DNA of 64,000 bases, taken from the NCBI GenBank assembly GCA_963710375.1, contig CAVPZX010000002.1, positions 480,001-544,000 of the forward strand, in the 5' to 3' direction. A model generated the notes under the pieces. That model saw nothing but the letters and a program-made list of their open reading frames with translations. It had not been told where the DNA came from and ran no database searches. Origin of the DNA: Nitrospirota bacterium (GTDB lineage Bacteria; Nitrospirota; Thermodesulfovibrionia; Thermodesulfovibrionales; Dissulfurispiraceae). Position 1 is the first letter of the stretch. Every line of letters begins with the position of its first letter. The position numbers were made by a program, and so were the translations under genes. Below, piece after piece: positions 12,601 to 24,117 of the stretch.

Positions 12601-12727
12601 TCCGCTCAAGGCGCCCTAGATAAAAGAATTTCAGGGAAAGCGCTGCGAGGATGAGCACGACACAAGCAACGGGAATTGCCCATAAATTGAACGAGTAGCT
12701 GGATAGTTTAAAAACCGCCGGCGACAT
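9674..12727 (-). CDS. Hybrid sensor histidine kinase (7TM N-terminus, 2 PAS, HisKA, HATPase, 2 REC)
   Basis: Hydrophobic N-terminus; [32 protein letters not shown]; two receiver domains. Confidence 0.93.
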   Translation of the reverse strand: MSPAVFKLSSYSFNLWAIPVACVVLILAALSLKFFYLGRLERTSLTFNLLTFFVLIWQVSALFGSNSTNTDVAFWWVKAAHFGIPFIPAALYLFVITALNIYQKHKRLNALIWVLSLFSSILMVGTDLVINRVKHFSWGYEPQFTSWGIMYLIPFGIVLGISYHALLAAYKREIYSHKQRLRIRSFLVAFGIGGLSVVDYFVHFDIAIYPAGYIAVLVCLVILDRAVVKNQLINITPTFAAQGVLDTMDEAMIAIDAEGIIRLINRAATAMLGRSEEDLLGRPFTMIFGEGARPVLDGSASSDSVRSYELSYMQPDYVPQILSISASSMKNNSGSIMATVCTVRNITDSKRTMEELQKLSQALRQSASAVTITDTEGRIEFVNPQAEKVTGYSASEVLGQHPMMFKSGTHPDEFYNSIFETLRSGHEWVGEICNRNKKGELYWEHSSIAPVLNQEGKITHYILVNEDITERKQIEEALKKAKTAAEAANVAKSEFLANMSHEIRTPLNGIVGMTGLLFDTGLSEEQRNYAEMLRSSGELLLGLINDILDFSKIEAGKLEIETIEFDLRNTLEETAEFMALRAYEKGLELICRIDPGVHTFLIGDPGRLRQVLVNLIGNAIKFTSVGEVVIEAVTEYERDGQITVRFNIRDTGIGIPQDKVPLLFDSFQQVDASTSRKFGGSGLGLAISKRLVELMNGRIGVESIEGKGSNFWFTAVFDKGSQPDRGEMPPFADISGVRILSVDDNAVNRIVIAEQMKSWGVRHAEAGGALKAMEMLHAAQAEGDPFRVVVTDMQMPGMDGEALARAIKADPVLRDTLLIMLTSSGVRGDSKRLASLGFSAYLTKPVRMFQLHDCIAAVLGGSSLHEKAQEAAIITKHWLREASRQNARILLVEDNRVNRLVAEGILGKLGFSADTADNGQQAINMMEAASYDIVFMDVQMPVMDGYQATMAIRSGKTKAANPNVPIIAMTAHAMTGDREKCLQEGMDDYISKPISPKKLSKVLEKWLPHAEHRAKMT

Positions 12728-12770
12728 ACTCTTAGGCCAATACTATCACGGAGAAAATAGATTTATCAAT

Positions 12771-13838
12771 TTACTTGTTGGAAGCCTCATTAATCAATTT
12801 CATCAGCGCTTCAAGCAACTCCTCTTCTTTGACCTGACCCACTACTTCCCCATTTTTAAAGACAAGGCCCATGCCTTTGCCCCCAGCAATGCCGAAATCA
12901 GCTTCCCTCGCTTCACCTGGCCCGTTAACTACACAGCCCATGACAGCGACACAGATCGGCTCCTTAATGTCCTTAAGTGCATCCTCCACTTTTTGGGCAA
13001 GAGGCTTTAAATCGATACAACACCTTCCGCAGGTTGGACACGAAATTATTTCCGGGCCCCGGCGCCGCAAACCAAGAGATTTTAGAATTTCATATGCAAC
13101 CCTGATCTCTTCGGCCGATTCCGCAGTCAGTGAAATTCTCACCGTATCACCTATGCCCTGGGCTAACAGTATGCCGACGCCTACGGCACTCTTGATAATC
13201 CCGCTAAAGGGTGGGCCTGCCTCTGAAATGCCTACATGGAGCGGGTAATCATATTTTTCCGAAAACATGCGGTACGCCTCGACTGTCTTTGTCACATTCG
13301 AGGCCTTGAGCGATACCTTGATATTCTGAAAATTCAAGTCCTCAAGGATTTTGATATGGTTCTCGGCGCTCTCTACCAGTGCCTCAGGGGTCGGATGTCC
13401 GTATTTCTCAAGCACTGTTTTATCCAGAGAACCTGCATTGACACCTATCCTTATCGGCACAGAGCGTTCTGCTGCAGCAAGCACAACCTCTTTTATCTTC
13501 CAGGGTGCTCCTATATTGCCAGGGTTAAGTCTAAGGCCGTCCACTCCCTGTGCCAGGGTTTCAAGGGCTAATCTCCAATCGAAATGTATATCAGCGATAA
13601 TAGGGATAGTGACATCCTTCTTAATTAGACCCAGGGCGTGGGCCGCATCCATATCAGGAACAGCCAGCCTTATAATCTCACATCCCACCGACTCCAGATA
13701 CCGTATCTGTTCAACCGTTGCCTTCACATCGCGGGTATCGGTTTTTGTCATTGACTGAACAGAAATGGGCTCTCCACCGCCTACTGCAACGTTTCCGACA
13801 TATATTTTTCTAGTCTTTTTTCTATTAATTGCCGACAT
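12771..13838 (-). CDS. ispG: 4-hydroxy-3-methylbut-2-en-1-yl diphosphate synthase
   Basis: VQSMT, ADIHF, RIGVNAGS, SCPTCGR, MGCVVNGPGE. Confidence 0.96.
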   Translation of the reverse strand: MSAINRKKTRKIYVGNVAVGGGEPISVQSMTKTDTRDVKATVEQIRYLESVGCEIIRLAVPDMDAAHALGLIKKDVTIPIIADIHFDWRLALETLAQGVDGLRLNPGNIGAPWKIKEVVLAAAERSVPIRIGVNAGSLDKTVLEKYGHPTPEALVESAENHIKILEDLNFQNIKVSLKASNVTKTVEAYRMFSEKYDYPLHVGISEAGPPFSGIIKSAVGVGILLAQGIGDTVRISLTAESAEEIRVAYEILKSLGLRRRGPEIISCPTCGRCCIDLKPLAQKVEDALKDIKEPICVAVMGCVVNGPGEAREADFGIAGGKGMGLVFKNGEVVGQVKEEELLEALMKLINEASNK

Positions 13839-14892
13839 TCTTACTCATCCTTTCTGTCCTCACTCCAGAGGAAAGTTCCCCTGATTCTGTTTCCGGGGAG
13901 CCCATGCCTGACCGTATTCTCCTGATTGCAGCATTATGCTCGGCCAGTGTTTTTGAGAAGTAGTGAGTGCCGTTATTTTGAGACACAAAATACAGGTAAG
14001 GAACTTTTGCCGGGTTCAACGCCGCGATTATAGATTTTATTCCAGGGGATGCTATCGGTCCTGGAGGCAGCCCTTTAATTACATATGTATTGTAATCGGT
14101 CTTCTTTTTGAGGTCATTTCTTGTTATTTTATGTTTGCTGCTTTTTACACCGTAAATTGCAGTCGGATCTGACTGCAGGGGCATGCCCTGCTTGATGCGG
14201 TTATGGTATACGGCAGAAATGATCGGCCGTTCCTGGTCGGTTACCGCCTCTTTCTCTATAATGGAAGCAAGGGTCAAGACCCTGTTTTCGCTCCAGCCGA
14301 TTTCTTTCGCCCGCTTCCGCAGCTCGTCCGTATATGCTGCATTGAACAAAGAGACCATATCTTTCAGCACTATTTTCGGATTCACCCCTTTCGGGATTTT
14401 GTATGTCTGAGGAAAGAGGTAGCCTTCAATACTAGGGGCATCAATTCCCTGGAGCTTAAGAAAGTCCCTGTCCCTGACTAGTTGATTAAACTTGTCGATC
14501 GTCATGATTTTAGCTGCGGCAAGTTTAGGACCGATCTCATGCAGGCTATCTCCCTCAACGATAGTTACCTCATATTCTATAATTTTTCCCTCTTCCAAGT
14601 GCCTGAACACCTGAAACGGGCTCATCTTGCCCCAGAATGAGTAATATCCATACCGTATCTTCCGATCAAGGCCGGTCAGTCTGCCCATAATGATAAAGAT
14701 ATTTTTGTCCCGTATAAGGTTGTTCTTGTAAAGAATGTTAATGGCCTGTTTGTAGGTTGCACCCTCCGGTATTTGCACTTCCAGTTGTGTACTGCCAATG
14801 TAAGAAGGTATGAAAAGCTGCGAACCTATATATATCAGAGGCAGAAGAAAAAATGCAGCAAGAAATAATTTGATGTTAGGTCTCACGGTCAT
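13825..14892 (-). CDS. mltG: Endolytic transglycosylase MltG
   Basis: EGYLFP.TY, LASIIEKE, LQSDPT, YNTY..GLPPGPI. Confidence 0.93.
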   Translation of the reverse strand: MTVRPNIKLFLAAFFLLPLIYIGSQLFIPSYIGSTQLEVQIPEGATYKQAINILYKNNLIRDKNIFIIMGRLTGLDRKIRYGYYSFWGKMSPFQVFRHLEEGKIIEYEVTIVEGDSLHEIGPKLAAAKIMTIDKFNQLVRDRDFLKLQGIDAPSIEGYLFPQTYKIPKGVNPKIVLKDMVSLFNAAYTDELRKRAKEIGWSENRVLTLASIIEKEAVTDQERPIISAVYHNRIKQGMPLQSDPTAIYGVKSSKHKITRNDLKKKTDYNTYVIKGLPPGPIASPGIKSIIAALNPAKVPYLYFVSQNNGTHYFSKTLAEHNAAIRRIRSGMGSPETESGELSSGVRTERMSKNVGN

Positions 14893-14926
14893 CCTATTAA
14901 GAATAACAGATAATAATCATAAAATG

Positions 14927-14957
14927 AAAAATGGGGCGACCTTATTATGGTCGCCCC
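14927..14957 (-). terminator. Intrinsic terminator after groEL
   Basis: GGGGCGACC-ataataa-GGTCGCCCC followed by ATTTTT on the minus strand. Confidence 0.8.
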
Positions 14958-15030
14958 CGACTTCACCCCGTTATCCCGTGGACCGAACCGGCAGCATGCA
15001 GCCGGAAACGTGCCACGGTACTATTGTTTT

Positions 15031-16665
15031 TTAGTACATCCCTTCCATACCGCCGCCGCCCGGCATCTGAGGCATTTTCTTCTCCTCTTCAGGCATGTCG
15101 GTAATCATCACTTCTGTGGTGAGCATCAAACCAGCTACGGACGCAGCATTTTGAAGCGCCGACCTGGTTACCTTTGTCGGGTCAATAATGCCGGCCTTAA
15201 TCATATCGGTGTACTCCTCTTTATAGGCATCATACCCGAAATTAATGTCTTTTGATGCCCTAACCTTTTCGACTATAATTGCACTCTCGATGCCGGCATT
15301 CTGAATTATCTGCTTTATCGGCTCATCAAGCGCCTTTTTAATTATATTCACGCCGAGCTGCTGGTCCTGATCCAGTTTCATCTTATCCAGCGCCTTGATG
15401 CACCTGATAAGGGCAACTCCGCCGCCGGGCACGATACCTTCCTCGACAGCAGCCCTTGTCGCATGGAGGGCGTCCTCAACTCTGGCCTTTTTCTCTTTCA
15501 TTTCAGATTCGGTTGCAGCCCCGACATTAATGACCGCGACGCCGCCTACCAGTTTCGCAAGCCGCTCCTGAAGCTTTTCCTTGTCGTAATCAGAAGTGGT
15601 CTCTTCAACCTGGGCCTTGATCTGTTTTACCCTGCCCTGAATCTTTGCATTATCACCTGCTCCCTCGACAATGGTGGTGTTCTCTTTGTCGATGGTGATC
15701 TTGCGCGCTCTGCCCAAATCGTTGATCTTGACATTTTCGAGCTTTAGTCCGAGATCCTCCGAAATGACCGTACCTCCGGTCAGAACAGCAACATCCTCGA
15801 GCATTGCCTTTCTCCTGTCTCCGAAACCAGGGGCCTTCACTGCGGCAACCTGGAGGGTACCGCGCAGCTTGTTGACCACAAGGGTCGCAAGCGCCTCGCC
15901 CTCGACTTCCTCGGAAATGATAAGCAGCGGCTTGCCCATTTTTGCAATCTGTTCAAGAATCGGAAGGAGGTCTTTCATGATCGAAATCTTTTTGTCGTGA
16001 ATCAGAATGAATACGTCGTCAAGCACGCACTCCATCCTGTCGGGATCGGTGATAAAGTAGGGAGAAATATATCCTCTGTCAAACTGCATTCCCTCAACTA
16101 CATCAAGGGCTGTCGCCATGCTTTTAGCTTCTTCAACGGTAATGACCCCGTCCTTGCCGACCTTGTCCATCGCCTCGGCAATCAATTCGCCGATCGAGGG
16201 ATCATTATTTGCTGAGATAGTGCCAACCTGCGCAATTTCCTTTTTCTCGGCAACAGGCCTGCTCATAGCTTTTAACTCCGCGACCACTGTTTCGACTGCC
16301 AGGTCAATCCCCCTTTTCAGGTCAATGGAATTGGCGCCTGCGGTCACATGCCTCATGCCCTCTTTGTAAATAGCATAGGCCAGAACGGTCGCGGTTGTAG
16401 TCCCGTCACCTGCGACATCAGAGGTTTTGGAAGCTACTTCTCTCAGGAGTTGGGCACCCATATTCTCATACGGGTCTTTAAGTTCGATTTCTTTTGCAAC
16501 AGTCACGCCGTCCTTTGTTATATTTGGCGCACCAAATTTCCTGTCAATAATTACATTCCTTCCCCTCGGGCCAAGGGTCGCTTTTACTGCATCGGTGAGA
16601 ATAGTCACGCCCTTTAAAATAGTGTGTCTCGCCGCTTCGTCAAACAGAAGTTGCTTTGCCGCCAT
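15031..16665 (-). CDS. groL: Chaperonin GroEL
   Basis: [19 protein letters not shown]-terminal GGM tail. Confidence 0.98.
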   Translation of the reverse strand: MAAKQLLFDEAARHTILKGVTILTDAVKATLGPRGRNVIIDRKFGAPNITKDGVTVAKEIELKDPYENMGAQLLREVASKTSDVAGDGTTTATVLAYAIYKEGMRHVTAGANSIDLKRGIDLAVETVVAELKAMSRPVAEKKEIAQVGTISANNDPSIGELIAEAMDKVGKDGVITVEEAKSMATALDVVEGMQFDRGYISPYFITDPDRMECVLDDVFILIHDKKISIMKDLLPILEQIAKMGKPLLIISEEVEGEALATLVVNKLRGTLQVAAVKAPGFGDRRKAMLEDVAVLTGGTVISEDLGLKLENVKINDLGRARKITIDKENTTIVEGAGDNAKIQGRVKQIKAQVEETTSDYDKEKLQERLAKLVGGVAVINVGAATESEMKEKKARVEDALHATRAAVEEGIVPGGGVALIRCIKALDKMKLDQDQQLGVNIIKKALDEPIKQIIQNAGIESAIIVEKVRASKDINFGYDAYKEEYTDMIKAGIIDPTKVTRSALQNAASVAGLMLTTEVMITDMPEEEKKMPQMPGGGGMEGMY

Positions 16666-16691
16666 AATAATCAGTCCTCCTTTTTTTCTTT

Positions 16692-16955
16692 TTATTCAAT
16701 TATTCCTAAAAGATCTTCTTCTTTTACTATCAAATACTCAAGGTTGTCGATTTTGATTTTCGATCCTGAGTACTTGTCGAAAAGCACCTGGTTCCCGGCC
16801 TTTACTTCCTTAACTTCTGAACCGACCGCTTCCACCGTGCCCTTTTGCGGTTTCTCCTTTGCAACATCAGGAACGTAAATACCGCCAGCTGTTTTTTCTT
16901 CCTGTTCCTCCGAGTACCTGATAACTACCCTGTCCTTAAGTGGCCTGATCTTCAT
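16692..16955 (-). CDS. groS: Co-chaperonin GroES (short form)
   Basis: [21 protein letters not shown]. Confidence 0.96.
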   Translation of the reverse strand: MKIRPLKDRVVIRYSEEQEEKTAGGIYVPDVAKEKPQKGTVEAVGSEVKEVKAGNQVLFDKYSGSKIKIDNLEYLIVKEEDLLGIIE

Positions 16956-17035
16956 ACCAAACTAACCTCCTTTTAAAATAATTTTCAATCTTTAACAGAA
17001 AACCGTTAAAGGTATTGACCGGTTTAAACCGTTTA

Positions 17036-17062
17036 TTAGCACTCACCATCGTTGAGTGCTAA
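17036..17062. promoter_or_regulatory. CIRCE element (HrcA operator) upstream of groESL
   Basis: Perfect TTAGCACTC-N9-GAGTGCTAA. Confidence 0.97.
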
Positions 17063-17212
17063 TAATAACGTGAAAACGGAAGAGGTTGCAAGGCTTCAAA
17101 AAGACGAATAAAGCTTAATAGCTTTGAATATTAGCAATTTTCGGCTATTTTCGGCCTTTTTCTATCAAAATCTTATTTTTTGTGGCAAATGGAATCATGC
17201 TGTTGTTAGACT

Positions 17213-18079
17213 TTATAACAAACCGGTACTATGAAGCAGAAACACCATGACCGAAGCACATATGCAATATATTCCGAACAGATGCCAACGACCGCGCTCA
17301 AGCCAGTTTGAAAGCCAGCGAAGGGCCAGAATTCCCGAAATAAAGCTTAGTGCCATACCCAGCAGACTGGGATAAAAAAGACCCGCCATGCTTGCCGCAT
17401 TAAGTGAAGATGCATGGTGTGCCTTCAGCAATCTCAAGACCTCCCGGACAACCACAGGCGGCGTGAGAACAACAGCCAGAGCAAAGCTGAACTCCTCTAC
17501 TCTTATTTTTGCGATTCCGAAAAGAAGTCCTGTGGATATGGTTGCTCCTGAGCGCGAAAACCCTCGAAAAGGCATACAGATACCCTGCACTGCTCCTATC
17601 CAACAAGTTTCCTTCAAGCCCAACGTGGAGTTCTCACGGGGCAAATGACGGTTTTTCCAGCCGGCTAAAATAATTAACACTCCGACTGCCGCAAGGGAAA
17701 CTGAAATCAGAAACAAGTTCCCGAAAAGTAGTTCAATCTCGGCATGTGGAACATCTCTTAATATGAACACCTCGATTAGGTGTTTCAGTAATAAACCGAC
17801 AATAGCCGTCAGTAATGTAGCCGCTGCAATAAGCTTTACTGAATCCCGGAAAACTTTTCCTGAACTAAAAAAACTTTCTTTCCATGCATTCCAGAAAAAA
17901 AGGATTACCGCAAACATAGTACCGGTATGAAGCATAACAAGGAGAAGCGTCATTTCGGGACTCGTTGGGTCGAGTCCCAACAACTTCTCCGCTATGATAA
18001 CATGAGCGGAACTCGATACCGGCAATAGCTCAGCAGCCCCCTGAACTATAGCGAGAACAAGGATCTTCAATAAGGTCAT
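17213..18079 (-). CDS. uppP: Undecaprenyl-diphosphate phosphatase (BacA family)
   Basis: VQGAAELLPVSSSAH, LHTGT, GFSRSGATI; polytopic membrane protein. Confidence 0.9.
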   Translation of the reverse strand: MTLLKILVLAIVQGAAELLPVSSSAHVIIAEKLLGLDPTSPEMTLLLVMLHTGTMFAVILFFWNAWKESFFSSGKVFRDSVKLIAAATLLTAIVGLLLKHLIEVFILRDVPHAEIELLFGNLFLISVSLAAVGVLIILAGWKNRHLPRENSTLGLKETCWIGAVQGICMPFRGFSRSGATISTGLLFGIAKIRVEEFSFALAVVLTPPVVVREVLRLLKAHHASSLNAASMAGLFYPSLLGMALSFISGILALRWLSNWLERGRWHLFGIYCICASVMVFLLHSTGLL

Positions 18080-18088
18080 TGAAGGATC

Positions 18089-19201
18089 CTATGCCGAAAA
18101 CAAGTCTTTCAACTTGCTCTTGAACCCTTTTGCATCTTCGTGCGTCTCATCGCTTATGCTCGCAAACTCCTCAAGCAGTTCTTTCTGGCGGGGTGTAAGT
18201 TTTTTCGGGACATCAACATACACGCTGATGATCTGGTCTCCCCTCTGGTGGCTTCCCAGCCTTGGTATGCCTTTTCCCTTGAGATGGAAGCTCTTGCCTG
18301 ACTGAGTTCCGGAAGGCACCTTTAGCTTGGAAGTACCGCTCAGAGTGGGAACTTCGATTTCCCCGCCAAAAACCGCCTTCGGAAAGGAAATCGGGACCTG
18401 GCAATAAACATTGATGTCTTCGCGCTTGAAAAATGGATGTTCCTCAACCATTATGACTATATAAAGATCGCCGGCAGGCCCGCCATAGCTGCCGAAGTCT
18501 CCTTCGCCGCTCAGTTTCAGGCGTGAGCCGTTATCAACACCAGCCGGGATTTTTACTGAAAGTTCTTTATGCACCCTCATCTTCCCGTTCCCATTGCAAT
18601 TCTTGCAGGGATTGGTAATGAGCCTGCCTGTTCCGTTACACTTGCCGCAGGTCTTTGAAACACTGAAAAATCCCTGCTGAAAGCGTATTTGCCCTGCACC
18701 CTGGCACTGGGAGCATGTAACAGGCGGCTTGCCCGGCTCTGCACCGGAACCGCTGCATACTTCGCAAGACTGCCATCGCGGAATCTTTATGGTTTTTTCA
18801 GTGCCGAAGGCGGATTCTTCAAGGCTTAGGGACATATTGTAGCGAAGGTCTGAACCTTTTGTCGGCTTCGCCCTTTTAAATCCGCCAAAAGTGCCGAAAA
18901 AGTCATCAAAGATATCCTCAAAAATATCTCCGAATGGGGCTCCTGCGCCAAAACCGCCGAAACCAGGGCCTGCACCCGCGCCAAGCCCTTCCGTTGTGCC
19001 GTACCGGTCGTAATGGGCGCGTTTCTCGGGGTCACTGAGGCAGGTATACGCTTCGTTTATCTCTTTAAATTTTTCTTCAGACGCCTTTTCACCCTGATTT
19101 CTATCAGGGTGATGCTTCAGTGCGAGCTGTCTGAACGCCTTCTTCATGTCTTCCTGGGAGACATCGCGGCTGACTCCCAGGACTTTATAATAATCCTTCA
19201 T
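18089..19201 (-). CDS. dnaJ: Chaperone DnaJ
   Basis: HPD J-domain, G/F region, four CxxCxGxG repeats. Confidence 0.97.
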   Translation of the reverse strand: MKDYYKVLGVSRDVSQEDMKKAFRQLALKHHPDRNQGEKASEEKFKEINEAYTCLSDPEKRAHYDRYGTTEGLGAGAGPGFGGFGAGAPFGDIFEDIFDDFFGTFGGFKRAKPTKGSDLRYNMSLSLEESAFGTEKTIKIPRWQSCEVCSGSGAEPGKPPVTCSQCQGAGQIRFQQGFFSVSKTCGKCNGTGRLITNPCKNCNGNGKMRVHKELSVKIPAGVDNGSRLKLSGEGDFGSYGGPAGDLYIVIMVEEHPFFKREDINVYCQVPISFPKAVFGGEIEVPTLSGTSKLKVPSGTQSGKSFHLKGKGIPRLGSHQRGDQIISVYVDVPKKLTPRQKELLEEFASISDETHEDAKGFKSKLKDLFSA

Positions 19202-21120
19202 TTGTTCTTATTCTTGTCCACGTCCTCGAACTCTGCTTCGACGACCTCTTCCTCAGGTGATTTAGCCTTTGATCCCCCTCCATCCGACTCGGGACCGCTG
19301 CCCGGCTGTCCCTGGTCAGACTTGTATATATGTTCAGCAATCTTGTGGGACGCCTTAGTAAGCTCATCAACGGCAGCCTGTATATCAGAAACGCTCGTGC
19401 CTGCATCCTTTGCCCGCCTGCATTTCTCGAGGGCAGCCTCGATGTCCTTCTTTTCAGACTCTGAAACCTTGTCCCCATATTCCTTGAGCGATTTCTCGAC
19501 AGAATAGACAAGCGTGTCAGCCTGGTTCTTAACTTCGACAAGTTCCTTTTTCTTTTTGTCCTCATCTGCATGCGATTCTGCATCGCGCATCATCTTCTGC
19601 ACTTCTTCTTTCGAGAGGCCGCTGGATGCTGTAATCCGTATGGACTGCTCTTTGCCGGTGCCGAGGTCCTTGGCAGACACATGCAAAATGCCGTTAGCAT
19701 CAATATCGAACGTGACCTCTATCTGCGGCAAGCCCCGTGGCGCAGGTGGAATTCCCACAAGTTCGAAGACACCCAGGAGTTTGTTGTCGGCAGCCATTTC
19801 ACGCTCTCCCTGATGAATTTTTATCGTCACTGCCGGCTGGCTGTCAGAAGCGGTCGAGAAGATTTGAGATTTCTTGGTAGGTATAGTCGTATTCCTATCT
19901 ATGATCTTCGTAAAAATACCCCCGAGGGTCTCTATGCCAAGTGAAAGGGGCGTCACGTCCAGGAGCAATACGTCCTTCACCTCTCCTTTCAGAACAGCGC
20001 CCTGGATAGCAGCGCCTACGGCTACCACCTCATCAGGATTGACAGACCTGTTCGGCTCCTTACCAAAATAATTCTGCACTACCTGCTGCACTTTTGGGGT
20101 CCTTGTCTGTCCGCCGACAAGTATTACTTCGTCTATGTCGCTTTGTGAATATTTTGAATCTGCAAGCGCCTTTTTTAAGGGTTCGATCGTTTTATCGATA
20201 AGGTCACCGGTAAGCTGATCTAATTTGGACCTGGATAGTTTCATCAGCAGGTGCTTGGGCCCTGTGGCATCGGCAGTGATAAATGGAAGATTTATCTCTG
20301 TCTCAGATGCGGTTGAAAGCTCTATCTTGGCCCTCTCAGCTCCTTCCTTGAGCCTCTGGAGCGCCATTTTGTCATTCCTCAGATCAATGCCCTGCTCTTT
20401 CTTAAACTCATCAACCAGCCAGTCCATGATCCTCAGGTCAAAATCATCCCCACCCAGGTATGTATCGCCGTTGGTAGCCTTTACCTCGATAACGCCTTCC
20501 CCGATTCCGAGAATTGAGATATCGAATGTTCCTCCGCCCAGGTCATAAACCGCCACCTCTTCCTCTTTTTTCTTTTCGAGGCCGTAAGCAAGAGCCGCTG
20601 CTGTAGGCTCGTTGATGATCCTTAAGACATTGAGTCCGGCAATCTGTCCGGCATCTTTCGTAGCCTGGCGCTGGCTGTCGTCAAAATATGCGGGCACGGT
20701 AATGACCGCTTCGGTAACAGTCTCCCCCAGGTAATCCTCAGCCGCCTGTTTAAGCTTCTGAAGGATCATGGCAGAAATCTCCGGCGGAGAGTACTGCTTG
20801 CCCCTGATGTCAACATGTGCGTCTCCGTTTGCAGCTTCAACTATTTTATAGGGAAGTCTCTTCCTTGCATGTTCAACCTCGGGAGAATTGTACTTCCTAC
20901 CCATGAGCCTCTTGATCGAAAAAATAGTATTTTCCGGATTGGTAATGGATTGACGTTTTGCTATCTGGCCGACAAGCCGTTCCCCTTTTTCGGAAAATGC
21001 CACTACAGAAGGAGTCGTCCTAGTCCCCTCCTGATTGGGAATCACTACCGGCTCCCCGCCCATCACTACCGACACCACCGAATTTGTTGTACCAAGATCT
21101 ATACCTATAGCCTTTCCCAT
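19198..21120 (-). CDS. dnaK: Chaperone DnaK
   Basis: [28 protein letters not shown]. Confidence 0.98.
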   Translation of the reverse strand: MGKAIGIDLGTTNSVVSVVMGGEPVVIPNQEGTRTTPSVVAFSEKGERLVGQIAKRQSITNPENTIFSIKRLMGRKYNSPEVEHARKRLPYKIVEAANGDAHVDIRGKQYSPPEISAMILQKLKQAAEDYLGETVTEAVITVPAYFDDSQRQATKDAGQIAGLNVLRIINEPTAAALAYGLEKKKEEEVAVYDLGGGTFDISILGIGEGVIEVKATNGDTYLGGDDFDLRIMDWLVDEFKKEQGIDLRNDKMALQRLKEGAERAKIELSTASETEINLPFITADATGPKHLLMKLSRSKLDQLTGDLIDKTIEPLKKALADSKYSQSDIDEVILVGGQTRTPKVQQVVQNYFGKEPNRSVNPDEVVAVGAAIQGAVLKGEVKDVLLLDVTPLSLGIETLGGIFTKIIDRNTTIPTKKSQIFSTASDSQPAVTIKIHQGEREMAADNKLLGVFELVGIPPAPRGLPQIEVTFDIDANGILHVSAKDLGTGKEQSIRITASSGLSKEEVQKMMRDAESHADEDKKKKELVEVKNQADTLVYSVEKSLKEYGDKVSESEKKDIEAALEKCRRAKDAGTSVSDIQAAVDELTKASHKIAEHIYKSDQGQPGSGPESDGGGSKAKSPEEEVVEAEFEDVDKNKNK

Positions 21121-21208
21121 TGTATCCTCCTCATTATATATTAATTACGAAATAATAATTATGGTCAAAACCATTAACTCCTAAACCTCAATTTGTGACT
21201 CTCACTTG

Positions 21209-21763
21209 TTATTTCTTCTTCGACACAGCGACGAGCGAGGGACGTAATACTTTGTCTTTGTAAAGGTACCCTTTCCTAAACTCATCAGTAACCGTATTAC
21301 TTTCCAAATCAGACCGTTCTATCTGCGACATCGCATGGTGGTATGCGGGATCAAACTGCTTGTTAAGCGCCTCAATCGCCGTAATGCCGAACTTCTCAAG
21401 TGTCCTGTTCATCTCCCTCAGGGTGTTCTCTACTCCCTGCGCAAGTGAGTCTGCTGTTTCAGTCCCCCCTTCGGCGGCGTGTTTTAACGCCATGTCAAGG
21501 CTATCCAGGACCGGCAAGAGCTCATAAGCAAGGCTTTCGTTTGAATACTTTGCAAACTCCTCCCTGTCCTTCTGGACTTTTTTCTTGTAATTCTCGAACT
21601 CTGCATAGAGCCTAAGGTATTTGCCTTTTATATCTTCGAGTTCAGCCTGTATCGATTCCATCTCTTTTATTGTTTTGTCCTCAAGTTGAACAGAAACTCC
21701 AGCTTCGCAGGGCTTTTCATCCTGCGCACCTGCAGGTTCCAGCGCTTCCCTATTTTCGGCCAT
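21209..21763 (-). CDS. grpE: Nucleotide exchange factor GrpE
   Basis: RLYAEFENYKK, FDPAYHHA, KGY..KDKVLRP.LV; ATG at 21763 follows GGAGG. Confidence 0.94.
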   Translation of the reverse strand: MAENREALEPAGAQDEKPCEAGVSVQLEDKTIKEMESIQAELEDIKGKYLRLYAEFENYKKKVQKDREEFAKYSNESLAYELLPVLDSLDMALKHAAEGGTETADSLAQGVENTLREMNRTLEKFGITAIEALNKQFDPAYHHAMSQIERSDLESNTVTDEFRKGYLYKDKVLRPSLVAVSKKK

Positions 21764-21863
21764 CTTCGCCACCTCCACCTCTAAATACCAATTATGAACT
21801 AAAAGATTAAGGACAGTTTTATTATTATTTCGAAAATTCCTAATTCGTAATTCTTAATTATGT

Positions 21864-22925
21864 TCAACTACCAAATGTACTGCTTACACAATGCGCGACC
21901 ATATCGACCATAGAAATCGCTTTAGCATAATTCATCCGTCTCGGACCGATCAGGGCTATAACACCAATCGGTCTGTCCCCTTCCTTGTATGTCGTTGTAA
22001 CCACACTCAACCCTTTGAGGTCCTCGATCGGATTTTCGTCCCCGATAACCACTTTGACACCTTCGCTATCGGAAAATTCCTCCAGCAGCTTCAGCATCAT
22101 ATGCTTGTCCTTGATGGCCCTCGACAGTTCTTTAATATGCGCTATATCGGAAAAGTCCGGGAGTTCCATCACGTCATATAAGCCTGCAACAAAGACGTCA
22201 TCTTCTGCAAAGTGCAGTGCCTGCTCACAGATTTCAATAGCTTTGGATACCAGCCGGTCCCACAAGACTTTTTCGTATTTCATGCGCTTTACGAGTGTTC
22301 TCTTTATTTCTTCAAGAGTACATCCCGCGTATTCCCCGTTTATATAATCCGCTATCCTGTTCAGATCATCCTGGGTAATAGCCTCCGGCACGGTCAGCAT
22401 CCTGTTCCTGAAAACACCCTCATCTGTCAGCAGTATGGCAACGATGATATTGCTTTTGTATTTGATCAATTCTATTCTGTTAAAAGTAGTATTCTCCGGT
22501 TTTGGAGGAAGCGCGATGCTCACATAATTTGAGAGCATTGAAAGCGTGGAAGTCACCTCTGAAAGCATCACCGACACATCGTCTTTTATTGCCTCCAGCT
22601 TCCTTGTAAACTGCCGTGAAAACTCCCTTGATATCTCACTCTGGCTCACGGACACTTCCGAATGCGGGAGGGAGTCCACAAAAAACCGGTATCCTTTGTC
22701 CGTAGGCACCCTGCCGGCCGAGGTATGAGGCTGGCTCAAAAACCCGAATTCTTCTAGATCGGCCATGATATTCCTTATAGTTGCAGGCGAGCATCCGAGG
22801 GCGTATTTCTTAGTGACAAAACGCGACCCTACCGGTTCCGGATTATTTATATAACTCTGGACCACAGCGTGAAGGACCTGCCTGCTTCTTTTATCAAGCA
22901 TATCAAATATCATCCTGACATGCAC
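21864..22925 (-). CDS. hrcA: Heat-inducible transcription repressor HrcA (true start may be 22913 or 22901)
   Basis: PVGS, SPATIRNIM, QPHTSAGRVPT.KGYR, GPRRMNY. Confidence 0.95.
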   Translation of the reverse strand: MHVRMIFDMLDKRSRQVLHAVVQSYINNPEPVGSRFVTKKYALGCSPATIRNIMADLEEFGFLSQPHTSAGRVPTDKGYRFFVDSLPHSEVSVSQSEISREFSRQFTRKLEAIKDDVSVMLSEVTSTLSMLSNYVSIALPPKPENTTFNRIELIKYKSNIIVAILLTDEGVFRNRMLTVPEAITQDDLNRIADYINGEYAGCTLEEIKRTLVKRMKYEKVLWDRLVSKAIEICEQALHFAEDDVFVAGLYDVMELPDFSDIAHIKELSRAIKDKHMMLKLLEEFSDSEGVKVVIGDENPIEDLKGLSVVTTTYKEGDRPIGVIALIGPRRMNYAKAISMVDMVAHCVSSTFGS

Positions 22926-22937
22926 CTCTCACTAGCG

Positions 22938-22964
22938 TTAGCACTCTCACACCTTGAGTGCTAA
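22938..22964. promoter_or_regulatory. CIRCE element upstream of hrcA-grpE-dnaK-dnaJ
   Basis: Perfect TTAGCACTC-N9-GAGTGCTAA. Confidence 0.97.
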
Positions 22965-23016
22965 TAATTTAACAGTTCATATTCGAACCTGTCAAGTTTA
23001 AGGCAAAAGGCAAAGC

Positions 23017-23142
23017 CGTGAAACGTGAATCGTGAAGCGTGAATAGAAAAAACAAAAAAATGTCGTAAAACGTAAGGACAGGAAAGCATTGTTTTTAAAA
23101 GCCTTTTACTTTGCGTTTCACGATTCACGACTAACCTTTCAC
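23017..23142. repeat. Palindromic heptamer array (GTGAA-core ... TTCAC-core), copy 1
   Basis: cgtgaaacgtgaatcgtgaagcgtgaat ... tttcacgattcacg. Confidence 0.8.
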
Positions 23143-23151
23143 TTCTGTAAA

Positions 23152-23988
23152 TTACCACTGCAACTTTCTCTGCATCAGTTTCTCATACATTATGGGCGGC
23201 ATAAATGCCTGTTGGTGTATTTCATCACTGTAATATTTTGTGTCGATAGTATACGGTCTTCTGATACTCCTCATGTCATGTCTCTTTGACGCAGCAGAAA
23301 ACGTCCACCAGTTGCCGGCATACGTTGCGAGCGTGGCAGTGTAAAGGTCAACTGTGGGGAAAATAAGCCTCATGGCCTCCTGCACTTCTATAACAATGTC
23401 CTTATGAAAATGGAGCGATTCTGAAAGGGTTACAAACATGCCTTCATCGGTGAGACAATCTTTGACAGACTTGAAGAACTCAACAGTAAACAAGCTTTTT
23501 GCAAACCCGATGATGTCGGTGGAATCAACAATAACCACATCGATATCGGAATCCCTGCCCTTAACAAATTCCGCTCCATCCATGCATTTTATCTCAACCC
23601 TGCGGTCATCAACTCCGCAGGCGACAGAAGGGAAAAATTGCCTGGAGATATTGATCACCTCTTCATCAATCTCAATAAAATAAACCTTTTCCACCGAGTC
23701 ATGCTTCAGCACCTCTCTTACCGCTCCTCCGTCACCGCCGCCGATGACAATGATATTCCTGGGGTTGGGATGCGCATGCATGAGCACATGCACCAGCATC
23801 TCGTGGTAGAAGAACTCGTCCCTTTCGGTTATCTGTACTACACCATCCAGGACAAGGACCTTCCCAAAATAGGGGTTTTCAATGACCATTATTTCCTGAA
23901 AGTCGCTCTTGCTCTTGTGCAATACTTTCTCCACGCCGTATACATACTGTATTGGAGCATATGGGTCCTTCTCGAAAAATTTAATCAT
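23152..23988 (-). CDS. speE: Polyamine aminopropyltransferase (spermidine synthase)
   Basis: LDGVVQ.TERDEFFYHEM, IGGGDGG, IVDSTD. Confidence 0.93.
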   Translation of the reverse strand: MIKFFEKDPYAPIQYVYGVEKVLHKSKSDFQEIMVIENPYFGKVLVLDGVVQITERDEFFYHEMLVHVLMHAHPNPRNIIVIGGGDGGAVREVLKHDSVEKVYFIEIDEEVINISRQFFPSVACGVDDRRVEIKCMDGAEFVKGRDSDIDVVIVDSTDIIGFAKSLFTVEFFKSVKDCLTDEGMFVTLSESLHFHKDIVIEVQEAMRLIFPTVDLYTATLATYAGNWWTFSAASKRHDMRSIRRPYTIDTKYYSDEIHQQAFMPPIMYEKLMQRKLQW

Positions 23989-24009
23989 AAGGCTATCCTC
24001 CTTAAATAA

Positions 24010-24113
24010 CGTGAAAAGTGAATGGTGAATAGTGAAATGTAAAAACAGAAAAACACTCTGTCTCTTTGGTCTTCATCCTTTCCCTTTTCACTATTCACTA
24101 TTCACGTTTCACG
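24010..24113. repeat. Palindromic heptamer array, copy 2
   Basis: cgtgaaaagtgaatggtgaatagtgaa ... ttcactattcactattcacgtttcacg. Confidence 0.85.
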
Positions 24114-24117
24114 GCTT

